A DNA stretch of 63,281 nt, filler included, from Squatina squatina (GCA_031763465.1; 4 parts of 4 records of this genome joined end to end with filler, not necessarily neighbours in it), one strand, 5' to 3'; shown: positions 25,288 through 37,477, numbered from the whole stretch's first letter. Numbers and translations are program-made. The notes: generated from the letters alone by a model not told the origin.

Positions 25288-25845
25288 TACCGTGGTGGGG
25301 TGTGGGGGGGGGGACCCTTGAAATGCACAATATGGGACCTTAATCCGGCGCATCCGTTGCTGGGTCTCGTGGCATCCAAGTGTCCTGCCGTGGAGATGCG
25401 GGACACTTTATTAACATATTTAAATCAGGCTCCCACAATGCTATTGGGAGCCTGATTTAAAATTAATTACTGCTGTGCATGTTTTCGGCACTCCATTGTG
25501 GGTCAGGAGGAGCAGGAGTGCTCCCCCCAGCCTCCCATCTGCTGATTGCTGACCTCCACCCCCCTCCCCCACCCCACCCTCCAGCCGCGATGTCCTCTCC
25601 TGCCCCCTCCCCCAACCCGCTGTGAGTCCAATCCTCCCTCCCTTTCACCACCACTGACCTTGCAGCTTCCCGATTGACGGGGACCATCCCCGAGGGTCAA
25701 TTTGGCTGGCTGCCGGGCAGGAAACGGGTCCAAGAAATGATAACGAGGTCCTGCCATTAAGTTCGGCAGGACCACCACATACCCGGCCTTGCCGAGTACT
25801 CCAGCCTTCCCTGCACGTTCCCCGCCCCCTGTAAATATCGGAGCC
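25288..25845. mobile_element. GC-rich MITE-like insertion inside the L2 element
   Basis: A non-L2 GC-rich block between RT motifs, ending 'gtaaatatcggagcc'. Contains a perfect 17-bp inverted repeat at 25419-25461. The left terminus is unclear. Confidence 0.6.
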
Positions 25846-26002
25846 ATGGGATCGATTCCTCTCATATGCAATGACACCCAGGCGGGAGCTGCCAGCTCCA
25901 CAAGGTAAATACCTTTTTCAGCACTCTCTGCCGCCTCATTCTACCCCCTTGCCTTTGTGCTGTCAGAGTTACTCAGTCTTGGATGAACTGCAATTTCCTT
26001 CA

Positions 26003-26465
26003 AGGTGTCAGCCTTGGCTTAATTTTGTTTGACTAACTAGAGTTAGTGGATAACACTCTTGCCTCTGAGTCGGAAGGTGGTGGGTTCAAGTCCCACTCCA
26101 GAGACTTCAGCACATAATCCAGGTTGATGCTCCAGTGCAGTTCTGAGGGAGCACTGCACTGTCAGAGATGCTGCCTTTCAGATGAAACTTTTAACCAAGT
26201 AGGTAGATGTAAAAGATCCCAGAGCACTATTTCGAAGAAGAACAGGGGCATTCTCCTGGTGTCCTGGTTAAAATTCATTCCTCAACCAACACCTAACACA
26301 GGTTATCTGGTCATTATCACATCGTTGTTGGTGGGTCCTTTTGCGCATATTGTCGCATTTCCTACATCACAACAGCGACTACGCTTCAAAAAGTACTTCA
26401 TTAGCTGTAAAGTGCTTTCGGGCATCCTGAGGTCAAGAAAATCGCTGTACAATTGCAAGTCTTAG
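26003..26465 (+). mobile_element. Near full-length Deu-domain tRNA SINE (SacSINE1-like)
   Basis: B box 'gggttcaagtccc', central 'gatgtaaaagatcccagagcactatttcgaagaagaacagggg' and tail 'gctgtaaagtgctttcgggcatcctgagg...tgcaagtctt'. Confidence 0.85.
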
Positions 26466-29295
26466 TTTTTTAAACTTCAGGTAGATTGAAGCCATCGCCT
26501 TTGGCCCTTACACACTCCATACCCTTACCCTTGAACCCATCCCCCTCTTTGTCAGTTGTCTCAGATTGAACTAGACCGTTCATGACCTCGGTGACCTATT
26601 TGAACCTGAGCTAAGATTCCGACCCCGTATTTCTCCATCACAAACAGAGTCCACTTCCACCTCCGTAATCTCGCCCAACTCCACCCCTGCCTCAGCTTAT
26701 CTGCTGCTGAAACCCTCATNNNNNNNNNNNNNNNNNNNNNNNNNNNNNNNNNNNNNNNNNNNNNNNNNNNNNNNNNNNNNNNNNNNNNNNNNNNNNNNNN
26801 NNNNNNNNNNNNNNNNNNNGGTACTGAGTTGAAAGATCAGCCATGATTGTGTTGAATGGCGGTGCAGGCTTGAAGGGCCGAATGGCCTACTCCTGCTCCT
26901 ATTTTCTATGTTTCTATGTTTCTATGAGTTATTTCATCCCAACTGGTTCAAAACATCATTGTTCTATTGTAATTGTATGTAATATCTATATGGAGCCCAG
27001 CATGACAGTAAGCATCATGCAGAGCCCAGGCATTTCAAACCGAAATCTCTACTAATCTCTATGGTATGGGGCCGGGAGATTTGCTTTCCAACAAATACTG
27101 TCTGGTTACTGCCTGTAATTAAAACAGTTTCCTTCCTTGTTTTATTTAGTGAACAATATAATTTGTCAGCCCCCAAATGAACATGAGAAAAATGAGATAT
27201 ACCAGTGACACAAATGAAGAGTAACAGCATGTGGAATTTAATGATTGTACAAATTAAAATCTTTTAATCCTAATATGCTGTTCTGCAGCTGATCCTGTAA
27301 TTACACAGTATAATTGTGATCGCCAGGATAGCTAGATGCATTAACTATGGTAGCATTACATAGCTTAGAAAATATACCCTCTGAACAGAGACTATGTACT
27401 GTGTCCAGTTTGGTCACTGAGACAAAGGATGAGTGTGGGGGAAAGACTGGAGAAACTTGGGTTGACTGGCAGAGTTTATCTAACAACATTTCTGTAGAAG
27501 ACAACTGGAACACCTTTAAGGGTATAATGCTGAACATGTAGGATAAATACATAAGAAAATCAACAAGCTCAAACTAAACAAACTTGACCCGAAACAAAGC
27601 CAAGAAACAATTTTGAAGTGATATTAATAAAAAAACTGTACACATCTTGCAGGGTGAAAGGGGAAGGGGTTCATTGACATAAATATAAGAACTTGCAGAA
27701 ACATGTTAAAAATTTAATCAAAGGGGCAGAGAGACACCTAGAAAAAGACATGGCAGGGGCNNNNNNNNNNNNNNNNNNNNNNNNNNNNNNNNNNNNNNNN
27801 NNNNNNNNNNNNNNNNNNNNNNNNNNNNNNNNNNNNNNNNNNNNNNNNNNNNNNNNNNNNTTGCTTTAGCAGGAGATTGTTTAGCAACAAAATTATTGAA
27901 GACATTAAATTTGTCACGTAGTGTTTTATTTCAGTTACAAATGTATATTTTGCTTTTGTAAGCTAAGTGATGCACTGTTGGTGTTCTGCCCTCATGGTGA
28001 CTGGAAGAGCATAGTGTGTCCTGTCTGTTCCATTATAATGGTGTTCAATGACCTTCATTAAACTGTGCTTGTCCCTAAGTCAGCCGTACAGGAGATTGGT
28101 CCACGAGGTCGGAAGGCACAGAATAGGGACAGTTTCTGATGTTGAGCGGAGATAGATAGATGGTGTTGGTCAATTTGAGAGGGAGTGGGATTATGTTTTG
28201 GTGAAAGAAGTAGTTAAGGAATTTAAGGTAGAGCTATTTTTTGAACTTTGGGACTGTCCAGATGGATTACAAACATCATTTCCAGCCTCCTACATTCCTA
28301 TTCTTTCTGTATAACTTGTTGGCATCCAGTGATCAAATATATTTTAGTGTTCAAATAAAAACAATGATTCAATTCTTTGATTCATTGGTATCTTCAGGCT
28401 GTAAAGGTGTTTGTGAATGGCTACTCTGGGATAATTGAAGTACAGATTCTAACCATTCCAGAGCATCCACCCTTTGAACACAATGATTAGAGTACAGGTT
28501 CGTGCCTGCAGTTTCCCCAGTGATGTGATCCCAAACTTGGTTTTGGCATCTTGGTAAAATGCAGTGTATAGGCTAGGTGCCCCTCTTTAAAGAATATCTC
28601 TTCGCCTATGGTTATTTAGAGGCATTAGAGCAGATCAGCTCCCTGCTATTTCAACTGGAGAATAGAAAGAAAAACTTGTATTTATATAGCATCTTTCACA
28701 ACCTCAGCGCTTTATAACCAATGAAGTACTTCTGAAGTGTCGTCACTCTTGTAATGTAGGAATAATGTGTAATGTGTAATGAATAATGTATTTCATGAGA
28801 AAATCTTAAAGGTCAAAGGTTGCCTCTACCAAAAAAAAGCACGACTAGCGTCTATGTAATTCAGACAAAAGTGTAACACTAGTGTAATCATGCAATGTGA
28901 AGTGTTGTGATAACAGTTGTCCATTTACTTCATTTTTAAAAAGCCTGTCCTTTTAGAGTCAATACTGTTTAGTGCGGTTGCTATGTCGAACCTAGGTAAC
29001 ATCTTGCACAGAAAATGTGGCTGCCCTCTTCCTTTCAGTAACTTAGAATAGATTACTGAAGATAATACTAGTCAGTGGTGTTTTGAGATTTTAACATGGA
29101 GACCATTAGTATATTTGCATAGATATGTGTTCAAAACACTGAAACTTTATTTCACTCTTTATAAAATCGTACAGGTTCAGTGGCGGTCATAAAAAAAAAG
29201 CCTTGACACTAGAATGTCTCGCCACCAATTCTTGTTCGAGCCAATCACATGCCATGCCTGGAATCAAGATCGGACACGTAAGTTATATTTTCAGA

Positions 29296-29395
29296 NNNNN
29301 NNNNNNNNNNNNNNNNNNNNNNNNNNNNNNNNNNNNNNNTTAATTAATTAANNNNNNNNNNNNNNNNNNNNNNNNNNNNNNNNNNNNNNNNNNNN
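29296..29395. other. Artificial scaffold-join linker
   Basis: TTAATTAATTAA at 29340-29351, flanked by 44 N on each side. Confidence 0.97.
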
Positions 29396-29494
29396 CTGAA
29401 ACAGCTAAATCTGCAGCGGGCGGGGTGGGAGCCGGCACGAGAAATGCCACTTCCCGCCCCATAGCTTATGAATTTCGCCCCCTAGTGTCAGTAT

Positions 29495-29745
29495 TGGTGA
29501 CCATGAAACTACTGGATTGTCATGAAAATCCATCTGGTTCACTAATATCCTTTAGGGAAGGAAATCAGCTGTCCTTACCTGGTCTGGCCTATATGTGATT
29601 CCAGACCCACAGCAATGTGGTTGACTCTAATCTGAAATGGCCCAGCAAGCCACTCAGTTGTCTTAGCATCACCTTCTCAAGGGCAATTAGGGGTAAATGC
29701 TGGCCTTGCCAAACACAGCCACATCCAATGAACGAATAAAAAAAA
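29495..29745 (+). mobile_element. tRNA SINE body and tail (same family as 40850-41195)
   Basis: 'ccatgaaactactggattgtc...tagggaaggaaatcagctgtccttacctggtctggcctatatgtga', then a LINE-derived tail and an A-run. Confidence 0.75.
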
Positions 29746-30031
29746 TCTTCCCTATGGCTTGTCCATATTCAGCCTGCAGACCTGTCTTCAGGCTCTCTTC
29801 AATCTTCCTGACTGTCGCATCTAATCGCTTAACTCTTTTCTTCAATCTGATTGGTGATTATAGACTTCTAGTATATGAATGACCTTACATCAAATACTGT
29901 GCAAATCACTGATTTTTTTTTTTAATTTCACAAAATATATGCACTGTTTTCTGGAAAGTAATTCTGCACAATGTCAATACAATAAAGAGAAAGGGAGCCA
30001 TTTTAAACACCATTTTATATTTTCTAAACAG

Positions 30032-30171
30032 GAAGGTTGATGACTTGAAAATGCTGAGCGAAGCTATACACTTGTCCAAAAGAGTCTTGCTTCAGGATCC
30101 TTGTCAGCTGGCTTCACAGCTTGTCGGTCGTCTACAGCAGATCATTGCAGAGGATAAACCAGTGGCTCCAG
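30032..30171 (+). CDS. Internal 140-bp exon of a probable NACHT- and WD-repeat (NWD-like) protein
   Basis: aaacag|g AAG GTT...CCA G|gtacag = KVDDLKMLSEAIHLSKRVLLQDPCQLASQLVGRLQQIIAEDKPVAP. The DL..L..A..LS..VL..DP.QLASQL.GRL pattern is typical of the helical region between NACHT and WD40 in NWD-like proteins. Confidence 0.7.
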
Positions 30172-31060
30172 GTACAGATGAAAGGGCAGCTAACCTATAG
30201 AACGTCAAATACAGCACAGTCCTCTAAACAGTATCCAGCATGACTATTACTTTAGGATAGTGACCAGATTGTAGCACCAAGTATGAATTCAAAATGCAAA
30301 AAGCAAAGATGTATGTATCAAAAAAGAAAACAATGAGGAAAAAAAATGAATGTTGGATTCATTCTTCTCTGCCATATTGCAGGACATAGGGTTTCAGTGT
30401 TCCACGCAATGANNNNNNNNNNNNNNNNNNNNNNNNNNNNNNNNNNNNNNNNNNNNNNNNNNNNNNNNNNNNNNNNNNNNNNNNNNNNNNNNNNNNNNNN
30501 NNNNNNNNNNNNAATAAATCACCCCCAAGTCCACACTTCTCTAAAGTATAGGGCCCAGCTCGTAACTAAACTGGGAATTAATTTTATGGTAATTACAGCA
30601 ACTCCATGATTAATCGCGGTACAATGAATTATCCAACACTGTTATTCCACTCTGTAGTTAGTGTTTCAACAATGCCTTGATCATCCAATCACACTGTGCT
30701 CCTGTACTGTGACCAAGGATATTGTAACTTAATGGTGTAGGCATTACAGCGAGACCTAGTGGTATCATTGAGTCTGATCCTTATCTAAAGAGTCAGCGAA
30801 CTGTTTTCTGACTCAGATCAATGTGTGACAAGAAACCAACATGGTGTAATAAACTGTTGTAAAATGATAATCATCTTGCATTATTTTTATAATTAGACAC
30901 CTTCATAATTGCTCAAATGTTCTTTGATGGATTCACAGTAACCTAATATGACTGTTGCAGATTTTGCAACATTTTTTGCTGTTCTCTGAAATGAGGTAAT
31001 CAATAGTGGAGGCCATATTAACCTGAAGCCTAAGTCTTTCGTGAGCATGCAATACATATA

Positions 31061-31244
31061 AGCCTAGAAATTCGTCTTGGGCGCTGGCACAAAACAGGCG
31101 GTATCAGATCAGCTCCCTGTCATAAGCAGCACCAGATATCCAGGTCAATTGTCTGCAATGGAACAATATCAGGCACTGCGTGTAACGGGCAGACGATCCA
31201 ATACCTCCCATTTTGTGCCAGCGCCCCAAACGAATTTCTGGGCC
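31061..31244. mobile_element. 184-bp hairpin (palindromic) MITE
   Basis: The left arm gcctagaaattcgtcttgggcgctggcacaaaa is nearly the reverse complement of the right arm ttttgtgccagcgccccaaacgaatttctgggc. Imperfect pairing continues for about 80 bp. Confidence 0.85.
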
Positions 31245-31562
31245 AGTAAATTTTACTCATGTAAGACTTATTCACACGCCATCACAAAGGCAGAAATTAT
31301 TCATTTTTCTCCCTGTAACTATCACATGCAAAGTAAGTGTATGATACTGTCAGGGAGTTGACGAGTGCCATAATTGAGTTATTATAGTATTTGTGTTAAC
31401 AGCACAGAAGGAGGCCATTTGAAGGAGCTATCCAATTAGTCCCACTTCCCCGCTCTTTCCTGNNNNNNNNNNNNNNNNNNNNNNNNNNNNNNNNNNNNNN
31501 NNNNNNNNNNNNNNNNNNNNNNNNNNNNNNNNNNNNNNNNNNNNNNNNNNNNNNNNNNNNNN

Positions 31563-31869
31563 ATCCACGGCCCCTGCCGAGGCTCTCTTGCCCCATCCAG
31601 CCCTCCCCGCCTCCCCGATTCCCCCCTCCCGATCCCCGACCTCTGCCCCCTGCCAATTGCCAATCCTCCTTCCCTGGACCAGCCCCTCACTTCTGAGGCC
31701 TACCCACCCACAGCCAGCTAGCCAGCCAGCCTCTCAAGTTGGCTGCGGGTGGGAATCTGAGGCCTCACATTCAAATCAGGCCCAGCTGTTAAAATCGGCA
31801 AGGCCTGCGGGAAACCCAACCTCAGAGGTCCCCACTCCCAACCTGCCTACCTGGGGAAAATTCTGGCCC
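31563..31869. mobile_element. GC-rich MITE-like element, right part
   Basis: GC-rich block ending 'ggggaaaattctggccc'. The left part is lost in a gap. Confidence 0.55.
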
Positions 31870-33068
31870 ATATGTTTGTACCTCATTGAATTTAGTTTCA
31901 TTCTGTTTACAAAAATAGGTAATGTCGCAAATACACAACACGCCATCTTTGAAGAGAAAAGACAGGTTTTGGGTAGGGCCCTTCACCATATCTATAATCA
32001 AAATGATAATCTTTGAAATATTACAGCTTGTTATCGCTTCCATAGCGCAATATGACTTAACTCTGCCTCACAACAAATAACCCCTATCCACCGACACATA
32101 TGCACCCACACACAGATGCAAAAGTGAAAGTGCCATTTTATTATTAATTATTTTGTGTTTACTTCAGACACTCTTGATGTATGATCTGCTTAAGAAAAGG
32201 TACACAGAGAAGTTGACTGGCTTGTATATTATCCCTTGTCCTAAACATGAATACAGAATCTTGCCAGGAGATCTGCTCCTAGGGTTGTCTGAATACAGGT
32301 GAGGATACACTTACAGGTGAAAAATACTTTGGAATGTAATGCTGTTCAAGGATGAATGCAGCCAATGCATTCTTTCCCCCCAGTGTTGTACAAGACTCTA
32401 ATGACAGGTTCCCCTCCTCAGAAATGCAGCTTGTTTCGTGACTGTGAAATATTTGTCCTCTGTACAGCAAAAGTAGTACATTAGGTCAATAGCAGGTTCT
32501 GTTAGATACCCTGCTTTGGAACGCAGTTGTGACAGGATTGATTGTTTTCACCTCCACCATTTTACGAAGTTGCACCTTTTCCTCTTTGCTTGAACCAGAC
32601 AGGACATTTCTCATTCCTTTTTTGATGCTTGGCCTTGGTATGAGTTCACATGGGCTGTGTAAGGAATACTTAAGATAAGTTGTGAACACTTTAAAATGAG
32701 GTTATTTTACAAACAATATAAAATGTTCCTTCAGCCTGTAAGATGGGATCAAGATTTATTATTGGTAAGAGTTGTTCACACTGACTGGCTGGAACTACAT
32801 TGGTTCCAGTTTGTACTGATTTAGGAGCGGTGAATGCCACAATTACTAACATCTTTCATGTGGTGTGTGCCTGTGCAATAAAACTGGTCTGAGTTTTAAC
32901 AACGGATTATAAAGTTACATTTATATCCAAGAATGTTGGTGATTGGGTAGAGTCCATGATAGGGTCTGTGGAATGGTCTGTTGTTCCACACTTACTTTTT
33001 ATGTTCTTGTGCAAACAAAAAAAAAATTGAAGAAATTAAACCATATGCTTATTTTTGTCTGTGGAAAG

Positions 33069-33241
33069 AGATCACCTTGTTCTCTGGAACCTGAAGACTG
33101 GATTTATAAAGGAACGGATCCGGCCCATGTACAAAGACAAACTTTCCTTGTTAAATGACTTCTCTTCCCGCTCAAAGGACAATCTCTACAAAGAGCTCCT
33201 GGCCAAGAGAAGAAAAGGAAGAGAGGGAAAAGGATCAGGAG
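33069..33241 (+). CDS. Candidate exon with a WD40-like strand, probably the same NWD-like gene
   Basis: gaaag|A GAT CAC...GGA G|gtaaag = DHLVLWNLKTGFIKERIRPMYKDKLSLL...GKGSG. LVLWNLKTG resembles the end of a WD repeat. It lies on the same strand, downstream of the 30032 exon. The acceptor position is uncertain (33069 or 33071). Confidence 0.45.
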
Positions 33242-34074
33242 GTAAAGATATTCCATGCTGTGTTGCTAGTGTGGACAGAAAGATTACAAGTTGATCATTT
33301 AGAAAGAACATCATTGAGACACCTCAGGACTTGCTGCAAAGTAAAATAGTGAAGAATTCTGGAACTTACGCATTGTAATATTTAGGTAACTTTTAGAAGC
33401 AGGATAAAAATCTAATATTGCTGCAGTGCTCTAGTAATAGTGAATGATGTTTGACAAGGATTCAACTTGGTTTCATTCAGAGAAAAGAATATTGTAAGAG
33501 TACATGTTTAAAATACTGCAAAGCATAGATAACTTAGATGTAAATAGGCTGTTCCATTTGGACCATAAGCAGAGAACCGAAGGACACGGATGTAAAATGA
33601 AGATGTCTTAAATGAAATTAAAAGTTAGAAGATTATTTGTCCGCATCCATGCATATTTGGAATGAAGTCCCAGGAAAAGCAGTCAATATGATGTTGATTA
33701 ATTCTTTCAGAAAGGTACTGGATGGTTATCTGGTTAGGGGTGAGATTGAAGATTATAGACAGAGGTAACCAAATAACCTCATGAAACATAATGATGTTTT
33801 CTACCCTAACTAGTGTTTTATACAGTTCAAGCATAACCTCCATGCTCTTATATTCTATGCCTCAGCTAATAAAGGCAAGTATCCCGTATGCCTTCTTAAC
33901 CACCTTATCTACCTGTCCTNNNNNNNNNNNNNNNNNNNNNNNNNNNNNNNNNNNNNNNNNNNNNNNNNNNNNNNNNNNNNNNNNNNNNNNNNNNNNNNNN
34001 NNNNNNNNNNNNNNNNNNNGAAGTGGTGGCTTGCTGCAATAGATGTGAAAAGCTTTTAAAATGTGTGGCAGTCA

Positions 34075-34739
34075 CTACCTTGACCTCCTATCTTTTTTTG
34101 ATTTTTCTAAGCATTTGTCCATAGTCTTTTCAGTATCACCTCTGCATTGGGGACAGTACAATTTACCTTTTGGCTTGTAAGTTAATCCAACACAATAAAA
34201 ATGAAACCACTCAATTGGACATTCTTCATTATCACATCCGATCATTTCACCGTAAGACACCTGGTTGCAGAGGCAGTAAGTGGGTTCATTAGGATCAATT
34301 GGAAAGTCAATAGGGGAGACTTCCCTTTCTGGCCTAGCTTTAGAACGCTTCTTTTTTGCAGATTTTGATTTCTTCTCTTTAGGCTGCTCCTCGCCCTCTT
34401 CAGTTTCATTTACCAATATGGCAAATTCACAGTTTTCACTCTTTTTCTGTCTGCGTAGCCTTCTGGATGGCCTTTCCGATTGAGCCACCTCTACTTTGAC
34501 CTTCTCTATAGACTTCTCATGTTCTGGTGGGTCCTCAAAGCATTCCGAGTGACTATCCATCTGCCTCGCACAATTCTCCACCTGCTCGCTCATTTGCGTG
34601 ACAATCTGAATTTTCTCATCTCCCAGCTCTTGGCTGTTAATTAATGCTCGCTGGAGATGATGCAGCGTTCGTTTCCTTTGAGTGATGTCAGTTTCTTGCT
34701 TATACTTTTCGTAAGCATCATCGAGTTCCTTTAAAACTT
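34075..34739 (-). CDS. ING2: Inhibitor of growth protein 2, terminal coding exon (ING domain end, NLS, PHD finger, polybasic tail)
   Basis: ctttcag|AA GTT TTA AAG... = [15 protein letters not shown]...[22 protein letters not shown]...[34 protein letters not shown]...KKDRRSR*. The KKDRRSR C-terminus is characteristic of ING2. Confidence 0.95.
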
Positions 34740-36621
34740 CTGAAAGAGGGAAATAAAAGCTACATTTGCACAGTAATTAGCATGATCTTTTAACATTCAT
34801 CAGTACTCTGAACTTTAATCAGTTCCTAGTATGTCAAAAGAAATTCATTAAGCTATATTTGACCAAACCAGCAGAAATTTCCACATGCACAGAAGCTCAG
34901 GTAGACACAGTAAGGAACAAANNNNNNNNNNNNNNNNNNNNNNNNNNNNNNNNNNNNNNNNNNNNNNNNNNNNNNNNNNNNNNNNNNNNNNNNNNNNNNN
35001 NNNNNNNNNNNNNNNNNNNNNATCCAGCCTAAAGAATACACGTTATTGTATATAAATAAGTATCTCGTATACTTTATCACTGTTCACCATTTTATTGAAA
35101 TGAATCTCTGTTCATCTGTATTATTAATGCAAAGTTCAAGTGCTTTCTAAGATCTACCGGCTCCATATACCCCAGCAAATTGACTTCATGATTCTTATCC
35201 TCACTTTCAAATCCCTTCACTGGCTTACCCCTACTCTAGTGATTTCCTGCCTTACATTCCTGTTGGCATCCTTTGCGTCTCTGACACCTAGTTGCTCATG
35301 ATTCTCCCCTCCATCTGTACAACTGTGACCAATACACCCTGCTGCCTAAAACTCAATTCCTAGTTCCCTGTTTTGCCACCTCACTCCCGCTTTCAAAACA
35401 CTTCTCTTCAATTGTGCTTTCACTCCCCTGGCAAGTTTCACACCAGGTTTCCCTTCTTCTCACTGTCCACTGTCACTCTTCCTCAATGTGAAGTGTTCTA
35501 ATATGTCTTCCTGTACATAAGGAGAGCTAACAAGTTGTTGAGTGAATTATAGAGGCAATTGCAGAAATATAAACACATTTTTCAACACAGCCACACCAGA
35601 AGGAACAAAACAATACCAAAGATGAAATATCTTTAATATTTAAAAAGTATAAAACAAAAAGGATGGATACTTGAAAGGGTTTGTTTTATACAAATATATC
35701 ATTTTCTGAAACAAATACATCTGATTGATGTATAAAGCAGTTTAGAAAGGCCTACACCAAAACCTAGCACAGAAAACTGCTGTTATATTAACAAATTTGT
35801 AAAAGATTACAACCATAACTCAGAATTGAACATATAATATTGTGGTAGGTAAAGATACATCAGTAGATTGTGTTACTTTAACAAGTTTATTTCCAGAAGT
35901 AGATAATAATCTTGTACGAGTCCTGACTTGTAAGAATTAGTTTCCAATGTATGGTACAAAGTGCTGCTCCAGTAATAACCAGTGTAGTAACCTGAAGGTT
36001 CTGTACCAAAATAAATGACAGGGAGCTCTCTCACTTTACATTTCAAATCAGCTCCAGCTCCTTGATGCCTGNNNNNNNNNNNNNNNNNNNNNNNNNNNNN
36101 NNNNNNNNNNNNNNNNNNNNNNNNNNNNNNNNNNNNNNNNNNNNNNNNNNNNNNNNNNNNNNNNNNNNNNNGGCTCGAAGGGCCGAATGGCCTACTCCTG
36201 CTCCTATCTTCTATGTTTCTATGTATCTATCCACTGGTTACCGACTCTCCTGCCACGAGACACATTTTTTCCCTACCGGCAGTTGATGCCAGTTAATTTT
36301 AAGTTGGAGATTGAGAGATTTCTGTTAACCAAAGGTATTAAGGGATACGGGGCAAAGGCGGGTGTATGGAGTTGGGTCGCAGATCAGCCACTATCTCATT
36401 AAATGGCGGACTCGGCTGGAGGGGCTGGATGGTCTCCTCCTATTCCTGTGACTGCTCCAAGCCACGCCGGCCGGGGGTGGAGGGGCTGCTGCAAGGTGCT
36501 CTGGACGGTCACACAAAACCTCGAATATTACTGTTTGGTGATGAAAGGAGCCAATAACAGCGGCACCGAGCTGCGGATGAGTGCGAACGGCTGGGCTGGG
36601 CGGCCTGGGGCCCTGACTCAC

Positions 36622-36866
36622 CGGCAGCCCAGGAAGACGTGGTTAGCCCAGACCATGGAGAGGGCGAGCAGCCGGTCAGTGCCGAGCCCCGGCTGGGCGC
36701 CGCTCGCCGCCTTCTGCTCCTCCTCCATGTTGCGGAGGATGAACTCACGGCGGGCCTTCCAGTGCTTCTCCGACTCGCAGCTGCCCCTCAGCGTCTCCAC
36801 CCAGTCGGCCAGCCGCCGGTTCTGCTGCAGGAACTCCGACACAACGTCCGTCCCGTCCGCCGCCAT
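36622..36866 (-). CDS. CDKN2AIP: CDKN2A-interacting protein (CARF), first coding exon with XRN2-binding domain
   Basis: MAADGTDVVSEFLQQNRRLADWVETLRGSCESEKHWKARREFILRN...LALSMVWANHVFLGC, donor CG|gtgagt, in CpG-rich sequence. It lies upstream of and on the same strand as ING2, as at human 4q35. Confidence 0.92.
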
Positions 36867-36994
36867 GACACCGCGTCTCGGCCGCGGCATCAGGNNNNNN
36901 NNNNNNNNNNNNNNNNNNNNNNNNNNNNNNNNNNNNNNNNNNNNNNNNNNNNNNNNNNNNNNNNNNNNNNNNNNNNNNNNNNNNNNNNNNNNNN

Positions 36995-37477
36995 CCCTGG
37001 TTTGTCGGGCCTGCTTGGCGATCAACTCGGAGAGCCTGCTTTCTGGTGCCGCCAGGCTCTCCATCAATCAGACAGGTGCTGGACGCCTAGTTGGGGAGTC
37101 TCGGCTTATTCCCGAAGACTCCTCGCTGTAATTTTTCCGAGCGGATTGAGGTTTGGGATTATGAAGTGGTTCCGGCAGACATTGACAAGCACCTCAGTGA
37201 CATCTGTTTCTCATCAGTGACAGCTGACAGGCCGAGTAACCAAGGCTGAACAAGTGCAGCGAACACGATTCCCAGTGAGGTACCTTTGACCCTTCACCTG
37301 CTCTGGTAGCCCGAACCTTGAACCTGGAGTAACTGGAGGGGGCAGTGGGTCAAGAGGAGCGCTGGATTTCGACAACCTGTGCTCCATTTGGGCTTCCTCT
37401 ACTGACTGTAAAGGGAGTCCGGGCCAACATAATTAGGTTCCCAGTGGGCCTGGTCCCGCCCAGCGGAAAACGACCCC
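36995..37477. mobile_element. MITE-like element, right part
   Basis: GC-rich block ending 'gcggaaaacgacccc', the same style of terminus as the other MITEs. Starts at a gap. Confidence 0.4.

Larger units (their letters stand above)
23502..26719 (+). mobile_element. L2-clade LINE ORF2 (APE endonuclease plus RT), degenerate and interrupted by a MITE and a SINE
   Basis: Endonuclease motifs DIMALKEAWL, HHGGDMALI, FNLHLN, PTHIHGHPLDLAI and ISDHFLV. RT remnants FPFKSVVITPLKK, ITSGV near 25270 and a degenerate YADD-like 'catatgcaatgacacccag' near 25864. The C-terminal part resumes at 26470. C/T-rich sense strand. Confidence 0.88.

Noticed and set aside
32279-32689. Two consecutive minus-strand ORFs of 63 and 67 aa
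   Set aside because: No recognisable domain and no convincing splice boundaries.
36403-37220. 242-aa and 193-aa plus-strand ORFs
   Set aside because: They are antisense shadows of the GC-rich CDKN2AIP exon, extended through a gap.
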